From assembly GCA_017539265.1 (NCBI GenBank), contig JAFYHG010000030.1, forward strand, positions 3,878 through 67,877: DNA of 64,000 nucleotides, read 5' to 3'. This DNA is from Alphaproteobacteria bacterium (GTDB lineage Bacteria; Pseudomonadota; Alphaproteobacteria; CAAHEQ01; UBA3637). The notes under the pieces are model-generated. The model was not told the origin of the DNA, ran no database searches, and saw nothing but the letters and a program-made list of their open reading frames with translations. Below are positions 58,025 through 64,000 of the stretch, one piece after another (position 1 is the stretch's first letter; every line of letters starts with the position of its first letter). Position numbers and translations under genes: made by a program.

Positions 58025-58960
58025 TTAATCATAAAAATAAGAAATATAATGGAAGAACAGGGGGGCCGTAAAAATAAGGCTGTCTACCCGATCCAAAATA
58101 CCGCCGTGCCCCGGTAGTATTGTTCCCGTGTCTTTTATGCCCAGATCGCGTTTTAATGACGACATGACAATATCCCCTAAAAAGCCACAGCACGCCAGTC
58201 CAATCCCGACAATAAATCCTTCGCCGGCCGAAAGAGGTGTCAAAAACGGTGCCGCCCACAGGGAAATAAGCCCCGTTGATAAAACACCTCCGATAAATCC
58301 TTCCCAAGTTTTATGCGGGCTGACCTTGGGGGTGATGGCATGTTTGCCAAAACTCTTCCCGAAAACATACTGCATAAAATCATTAAAGATAGTTAGGTAC
58401 AAAATATATAACACACACCCCAAAGCGCCGTGGGGCAGGGGAACTTTAAAATCTTGAATAAAGTAAGCGCAGACATATCCCAGTGCATAAACACAAACCA
58501 TTAACCCCCAGTGGATACTGGCGCAAGATTTTAAAAAATCTTTTGTTTCCCCGACAATGGCCATGCGTGCCGGTACCAATAAAAACAGATATAACGGGAT
58601 GAGCAAATAAAACATATTCAGCCACCCGATATAAATAAAGTAAAACTGGACAGGAATTGATAAATAGGCCCAAAACAGGGCGCGCCTGTCGGCATGCCTG
58701 GTCGGAATCATGGAAAAATATTCCTTTAGCGCAAGATAGGAGATAAAAGCCAGTAAAACAACGGTCGTCACAAAATTAAAAGAAAAAGCGATTGTTAAGA
58801 AAATAACAATCTTCCAAAATGTTTTTAGGCGAATTAAGAAATTTTCAACATTTTTTTTCCTAAGCTTCATCCCAAAAGCCAAAAAAGTCAAGAAAGTCAA
58901 TATGGCATATAAAATCCATACGCTATATCGCACATGCTCTGTAACTAATATCTCATTCAT
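58025..58960 (-). CDS. cdsA: phosphatidate cytidylyltransferase
   Basis: SPHKTWEG and GHGGILDRVDS signature motifs; start taken at MNEIL (ORF track extends to 59005). Confidence 0.8.
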   Translation of the reverse strand: MNEILVTEHVRYSVWILYAILTFLTFLAFGMKLRKKNVENFLIRLKTFWKIVIFLTIAFSFNFVTTVVLLAFISYLALKEYFSMIPTRHADRRALFWAYLSIPVQFYFIYIGWLNMFYLLIPLYLFLLVPARMAIVGETKDFLKSCASIHWGLMVCVYALGYVCAYFIQDFKVPLPHGALGCVLYILYLTIFNDFMQYVFGKSFGKHAITPKVSPHKTWEGFIGGVLSTGLISLWAAPFLTPLSAGEGFIVGIGLACCGFLGDIVMSSLKRDLGIKDTGTILPGHGGILDRVDSLIFTAPLFFHYISYFYD

Positions 58961-59107
58961 TTCTTGGTCCCCTTTCAAGGGGATTATACGTATCCTTTTG
59001 AACAATTACAAGAAAAATTTTCAGATTTAACGGATATTTCGGGAAAAAAAGTATAATGAAGGAAATTTTTAAAAATAATAAAAATACTTGACAAATGAAT
59101 TAAACTT

Positions 59108-60118
59108 ATGATAAAATATAACTCGTTCAATACTGGGAATAACCGCATGCCGACAGAAATAGATTTACCGCAAAAGGAAGAATTAATAGCCGCTTTGGCC
59201 GAGCACCCCTTGGGGGATGGTACGGAAGCACGGGTGTATAAAATTCATACGCGTCCGCAATTTACCTTAAGGGTCAGTCGGGATTTGTTAAGAAAAGATT
59301 TACCACAAAAGATATTAGAGTCAAATCTTGTTTCTCAAGAAGATATTTTTTCCGATCGTATTTTTGGTCAGACTGTTGCCTATTTAGAACATCCGGATTT
59401 GATAGATTCTTATTCTAAAGATCCGCTTATCACCATCAATTATTACAGTCGCGGCCACGATTACACCATTGTTAAAAATGCAACGGAAAAACCGACCGAG
59501 CAGGAAACATTAAGTCGTGCAATAGCCGTTACAAAAATGCTTGTCGATCAGGAAATTTTCCCGGATAAAGCCTACGATTCTTTGTTTGATAAATTGAAGT
59601 TTTTGTCTTCAAAACAATATTCAATCGATGTCGGAAATGACTTATTTTGCAATACCGGTAATATATTGCCGTCGGTTCAGGATCATAAATTTTTCATTAT
59701 TGATGTTATGCCGTTCATTCCGGCGGAAAAATTGCGTTTGGCCTCGCAGCCTTGCTTAAATCCGCAACATACAAAGGGGTGCAATTCTCCATTTTTCTTG
59801 ACAAGAGGATTAATGTATGGTTATTATCCTCATCAGGCATTTCACAGCCAAAATACAGAATTGACGACTTTACGGACGAAACTGTTGCATCGGATTATCA
59901 ATGCTGCCATCAGGTCTCAATTAAGTGATCAAGATACATATTTGTTTGAACCGATGATTTCTTGGCAGAGGCAATTGATACGTCTTAATCTACCACAAGA
60001 AGATCAATTAAAATTATTACGGAAAATCGGAAAAATTAAGGATTTTCAACCCTATCGCGTCGCAAGAAAAATGCCTAATTTAGCGCGTATCGGCGGTTGG
60101 TACGTTAATCAGCAATAG
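59108..60118 (+). CDS. hypothetical protein with a protein-kinase-like / phosphotransferase catalytic core
   Basis: GNDLFCNTGNIL...FFIIDVMP resembles the HGDLHPGNIL...IDxE catalytic and Mg-binding loops of the APH/kinase-like fold; tentative. Confidence 0.35.
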   Translation: MIKYNSFNTGNNRMPTEIDLPQKEELIAALAEHPLGDGTEARVYKIHTRPQFTLRVSRDLLRKDLPQKILESNLVSQEDIFSDRIFGQTVAYLEHPDLIDSYSKDPLITINYYSRGHDYTIVKNATEKPTEQETLSRAIAVTKMLVDQEIFPDKAYDSLFDKLKFLSSKQYSIDVGNDLFCNTGNILPSVQDHKFFIIDVMPFIPAEKLRLASQPCLNPQHTKGCNSPFFLTRGLMYGYYPHQAFHSQNTELTTLRTKLLHRIINAAIRSQLSDQDTYLFEPMISWQRQLIRLNLPQEDQLKLLRKIGKIKDFQPYRVARKMPNLARIGGWYVNQQ

Positions 60119-60248
60119 TCTGTTTTTATGATACTTTAAAAATGTGCTGTTTAATTTGATATCAGGTTGATCCTTTCCCCAAAAAATAAATTCAACTTTG
60201 TCCGCATTTTGCTTGACTTATGGGTAAAAAAAAATTACATTTTGCCTT

Positions 60249-61334
60249 ATGGTAGAATTTAAAATCAAAGGAAATTCGGTTAGTATTTTATTGAGCGGTG
60301 TTTTGGACGGGACAAAATGCATTGATGCCCCAGTCCAGGTATTACATCATAAAAAAATATCTCTGACGGGGAAAGATATTGTTTCTTGGAATACGGATTT
60401 TGTGGTGGAGCTTTTTACCCTTTTAAAACGTGTTCCAAAGGAAAATATTACCTATTCCGGATTGCCTGAGGGAATGGAACGGTTGTTGGAACTTGCTTTT
60501 CAAAATCCATACAAAGACCAAAAAAATGCCCAAGAGAAATCCTCATTTTTAGAATGTATCGGCAACTGGGGGATATGTTTTTGGAGGTCTGTGGAAAAAG
60601 GATGTGCCTTCATTCATCAATGCCTCTCTTCTTGGGGAAGGCAACTGACGGGTGTGGCGGTTTATCGTAAAAAAGATTTTTGGATGGTTTTGGCAGATTG
60701 CGGGCCCAAGGCAATATTGATTGTCTCTTTAATCAGTTTTATGGTAGGGCTCATATTGGCCTTTGTCGGGGCACTGCAATTGAAAACCTTTGGGGCGCAG
60801 GTCTATGTGGCCAGCCTTGTCACAATCGGTATGACGCGTATTATGGGGGCGATTATGACGGGTATTATTATGGCCGGTCGGACGGGGGCTTCCTATGCGG
60901 CAACAATCGGTACCATGCAGGTAAATGAGGAATTAGATGCCCTGCAAACAATGGGTATTTCCCGAACGGACTTTTTGGTATTACCCCGAATGAATGCCCT
61001 TTTGCTTTCTATGCCGATTTTAATTTTATTATCGGATATTATGGGAATACTCGGGGGATGTTTTGTTTGTGTTCTTTTTTGGGATATTCCTTTGGTAGAG
61101 TATATTAAATACACGCTTAATTCATTTGATTTGACAAACTTTTTGGTTGGTGTATTTCATGGGGTTGTATTCGGTTTTGTCATTGCTGTATGCGGGTGTT
61201 ATTTCGGTGTCCATTGCGGGCGTAATGCCGATAGCGTCGGTACGGCCACAACAAATGCCGTTGTTTATGCCATTGTGTGGATGATTATTATGACGGGACT
61301 GATTACACTTCTTTGTGAAAGGATAGGTATTTAA
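60249..61334 (+). CDS. mlaE: Mla/Mce-type ABC transporter permease (MlaE family) with an N-terminal STAS-like domain
   Basis: C-terminal 5-TM MlaE/YrbE permease core; about 120-aa N-terminal STAS-like extension. Confidence 0.7.
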   Translation: MVEFKIKGNSVSILLSGVLDGTKCIDAPVQVLHHKKISLTGKDIVSWNTDFVVELFTLLKRVPKENITYSGLPEGMERLLELAFQNPYKDQKNAQEKSSFLECIGNWGICFWRSVEKGCAFIHQCLSSWGRQLTGVAVYRKKDFWMVLADCGPKAILIVSLISFMVGLILAFVGALQLKTFGAQVYVASLVTIGMTRIMGAIMTGIIMAGRTGASYAATIGTMQVNEELDALQTMGISRTDFLVLPRMNALLLSMPILILLSDIMGILGGCFVCVLFWDIPLVEYIKYTLNSFDLTNFLVGVFHGVVFGFVIAVCGCYFGVHCGRNADSVGTATTNAVVYAIVWMIIMTGLITLLCERIGI

Positions 61335-62104
61335 TGAAACAAGATCCTATCATTCATGTGGAAAATTTAGATATCGGTTATGATCGTAAAGTTATCATGC
61401 GCAATTTGTCATTTGATATTCCCAAAGGCGATATTTTTATCATCATGGGGGGATCTGGCTGTGGTAAGAGCACTCTTTTACGCACTTTAACGGGGTTAAT
61501 TCCCGCCCAAAGCGGTCGCATTTTTATTCAAGGTGTTGAAATGAGTGCGGCATCATTGGATGAGAAATTAGAGATCATGAAGCATAGCGGTATCTTGTAC
61601 CAAAGCGGCGCGCTGTTCAGTTCTATGACGTTGGCGGAAAATGTGGCTTTGCCATTACAGCAATATACCCCTTATTCGCAAGATAAGATTGATCAAATTG
61701 TTTCTTTTAAATTGGCTTTGGTGGGACTAGCGGGGTATGAAGATTATTATCCGTCCGAAATCAGCGGTGGTATGTGTAAGCGTGCAGGGCTTGCCAGGGC
61801 GTTGGCATTGGATCCCGAAATTGTTTATTTTGATGAACCGTCGGCCGGTTTGGATCCTGTCAGTTCAAAAAATTTGGATGATTTAATATTGGAAATTAAT
61901 AAGACTTTGGGCACAACCATTATTGTTGTTACGCATGAACTTCCATCCATTTTTGCCATTGCTAAACATAGTATTTTCTTGGATAAAAGTGTTCAAACGA
62001 TTTCGGCTGAGGGAAATCCCAAAGACCTTTTGAAAAATCCGCCCAACAACCAAGTTTATGAATTTTTAACCAGAGGAGCATCCCATGAAAAGAGAGCCAA
62101 ATAA
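61334..62104 (+). CDS. mlaF: ABC transporter ATP-binding protein (MlaF-like)
   Basis: Walker A GGSGCGKST, signature SGGM, Walker B IVYFDEP. Confidence 0.8.
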   Translation: MKQDPIIHVENLDIGYDRKVIMRNLSFDIPKGDIFIIMGGSGCGKSTLLRTLTGLIPAQSGRIFIQGVEMSAASLDEKLEIMKHSGILYQSGALFSSMTLAENVALPLQQYTPYSQDKIDQIVSFKLALVGLAGYEDYYPSEISGGMCKRAGLARALALDPEIVYFDEPSAGLDPVSSKNLDDLILEINKTLGTTIIVVTHELPSIFAIAKHSIFLDKSVQTISAEGNPKDLLKNPPNNQVYEFLTRGASHEKRAK

Positions 62105-62879
62105 AAAAGCAGTCGGTTTATTTTTAATTATCGGTTTTGCCTTGCTTGCATGTCTCATAGGTCAATCTGTCCTGCATAAAATGAGTGTGGATAAAAAAGG
62201 CATATGCGTTATGTATTTTAATGAATCTATTCAAGGCCTTTCCGAAGGTTCCCCTGTTGTTTTTCGCGGGGTGGAAATCGGACGGGTTACCCGCATTCGG
62301 TTGGTGGCCAATCCCGAAGATTTGAAATTTCAGGTTCCTGTGTATGCCCGGCTAAAACCTATCGGAAATATGGGACCTGATTCAATTTGGGGTAAAATCT
62401 GGAAAAAAGATGATTTGTTGGATACCCTGGTAAAACGCGGGTTGCGCGCCAGATTGGCAACCCAAAGTTATTTGACCGGTCAATTGATGATTGAATTGGT
62501 TATGTTACCCAACAGCGCTGCAGAAACGGTTCAAGAAGCAAATGATGCAGATTTTCCGCAAATCCCTACCGTGTTATCCAGAACGGAAGAAATTTCCAAA
62601 GGATTGGATAAATTGCAGGTTCGGGAAATTGTGGCCCAAGTTAACAATATAACGGAATTATTGGGAAAAGAATTGCCGATTTTGTTGCCGGCGTTGGCTC
62701 AAAGTGCGCAGAACTTGGATAAAACTTTGGGAAAAGTGGCAAGGAGCAGTGATGTAACAATTTCAAACTTGAATAAAACATTAGTGGATATTTCAGATGC
62801 CGCCAAATCTTTACAAAATTTGACGGATTATTTGGAAAGACATCCGGAAGCATTGATTAAAGGAAAGAAAGGAAATTAA
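62085..62879 (+). CDS. mlaD: MCE-domain substrate-binding protein (MlaD-like)
   Basis: N-terminal TM plus MCE domain (...GSPVVFRGVEIGRVTRI...). Confidence 0.7.
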   Translation: MKREPNKKAVGLFLIIGFALLACLIGQSVLHKMSVDKKGICVMYFNESIQGLSEGSPVVFRGVEIGRVTRIRLVANPEDLKFQVPVYARLKPIGNMGPDSIWGKIWKKDDLLDTLVKRGLRARLATQSYLTGQLMIELVMLPNSAAETVQEANDADFPQIPTVLSRTEEISKGLDKLQVREIVAQVNNITELLGKELPILLPALAQSAQNLDKTLGKVARSSDVTISNLNKTLVDISDAAKSLQNLTDYLERHPEALIKGKKGN

Positions 62880-62880
62880 G

Positions 62881-63447
62881 ATGAAATTATTTAAAATAGC
62901 GGCTCTTTGTCTATTATTGGGTGCCTGTGTTTTCGGGACCAGTAAGAATTCAACTTTTTATACGTTAACCTCGCAGGAAACAGAAGCACTCTCAGATAAA
63001 AACCTGCATTTTGTCGGGATAAACCGCATCCAACTGCCAAAATATATGGATCGCCCACAAATCGTTACCCAAAGCAAAGATAAAACCGAAATGGTGCTAT
63101 CGGAATATAACCGTTGGATAGAATCTCCTTCCTTGTTGACAACACGTGTCTTGGTAGAAAATTTAAGTGCGCTTTTGCCTAAAACACAGATTAAAACAAA
63201 TCCGTTCGGAACAGAAAAATTTGATCGGCTTGTTTCGGTTGAAGTCTTAAATATGAATGCTATTTTGGGCGGTCGGGCGGAATTAACCGTTTGGTACACA
63301 ATTAAAAATGCAACAGGGCAAACATCGGTTCGACAAAAATTTACGGATACCATCCGAATTGGCTCAAGTTACGATGATATGGCCAAAGGCTATAGCGAAT
63401 TATGGATGAAGTTATCCCGTCAAATCGCCAACAGTTTGATAAAATAG
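62881..63447 (+). CDS. ABC-type transport auxiliary lipoprotein (DUF330/YmbA-like)
   Basis: lipobox LLGAC; last gene of the Mce-type operon. Confidence 0.5.
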   Translation: MKLFKIAALCLLLGACVFGTSKNSTFYTLTSQETEALSDKNLHFVGINRIQLPKYMDRPQIVTQSKDKTEMVLSEYNRWIESPSLLTTRVLVENLSALLPKTQIKTNPFGTEKFDRLVSVEVLNMNAILGGRAELTVWYTIKNATGQTSVRQKFTDTIRIGSSYDDMAKGYSELWMKLSRQIANSLIK

Positions 63448-63631
63448 GGAACTTTATTTTTTGTGCTTATTGACTTTTAAAATAACTTTTGTTATAATCA
63501 AAGTCATGAGAACGCAATTAACATTTTGTTCTTTCATTTGGTGGCTGTAATTACAGCCAGTGTTTTCGTATTTACTTTATTTTTATTTTATTATTTCACA
63601 TTTAATTTTATTTTAAACAAAGGATATTGTT

Positions 63632-64000
63632 ATGAAAGAACAAGTTATGTTGACCGGTGTGCGCCCCAGCGGAAATATCACATTGGGAAATTATCTGGGG
63701 GCCATCAAAAATTTTGTGACACGGCAAAGTTTGTATAAAAGCTATATTTTTGTGGCAGATTTGCATGCCATTACTTCACCGCGTGATCCGGAAGAATTGC
63801 GTCATGCAATTGAAGATTGCATGGCGATGTATTTAGCCTGTGGTGTGGATCCCAAACAAACCGTTATGTTTCGCCAAAGCGATGTTTTGGAACATGGTGT
63901 TTTAGGCTTTATTATGACTTTTCAAACCCATATGGGGGAATTGTCGCGAATGACGCAATTTAAATTAAAATCCCAAAGTTCCGCCAAAAATGGTATAGAT
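63632..64000 (+). CDS. trpS: tryptophan--tRNA ligase, N-terminal part (3' end beyond the window)
   Basis: translated by hand: MKEQVMLTGVRPSGNITLGNYLGAI...FVADLHAIT...; class I HIGH-region variant TLGN; runs to the window edge with no stop. Confidence 0.8.
   Translation, partial: MKEQVMLTGVRPSGNITLGNYLGAIKNFVTRQSLYKSYIFVADLHAITSPRDPEELRHAIEDCMAMYLACGVDPKQTVMFRQSDVLEHGVLGFIMTFQTHMGELSRMTQFKLKSQSSAKNGID

Overview
The window is one contiguous, AT-rich stretch of a bacterial chromosome. Gene order (rpsF-rpsR-rplI; fabG-acpP-fabF-mltG; an Hsp20 gene followed by a candidate DUF1150 gene (tentative family call); a short PiT phosphate transporter paired with a DUF47 protein; MlaE/MlaF/MlaD-type ABC genes) suggests an alphaproteobacterium. 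Effector-like and eukaryote-like proteins (an HExxH zincin-like protein, a Sel1-like protein, a MORN-variant/YwqK repeat protein, a kinase-like protein) suggest a host-associated or intracellular lifestyle; this is inference. Both strands are densely coding. Housekeeping genes recognised: dnaA, lepA, prfB (with its programmed +1 frameshift), mrcA, gltX, maf, hupB, rplU/rpmA, cdsA/plsC/lplT-aas, and a partial trpS at the 3' edge. Accessory or unusual content: (1) a phosphonate biosynthesis operon at the 5' edge (PEP mutase with the diagnostic EDK-x5-NS motif, phosphonopyruvate decarboxylase, Fe-alcohol dehydrogenase), followed by a 1138-aa exported coiled-coil protein built from about 15-20 tandem 45-bp repeats; (2) two tandem paralogous membrane proteins with a conserved HWFCxxC...KPM motif under a perfect sigma70 consensus promoter; (3) a dnaA-hsp20-DUF1150(candidate) operon with overlapping stop/start codons; (4) a tRNA-Ser(GCU) locus followed by about 6 kb of mosaic sequence with repeated tRNA 3'-end fragments, a duplicated about 230-bp downstream segment, a dispersed about 50-bp repeat, small paralogous lipoproteins, an amidohydrolase, a YwqK/MORN repeat protein and an AMMECR1 fusion, which looks like a decayed integration hotspot with no integrase or transposase; (5) consensus promoters followed closely by intrinsic terminators (candidate small RNA or attenuator loci); (6) a Tat-signal GH24 lysozyme-like protein. 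No CRISPR array, rRNA or identifiable transposase was seen.
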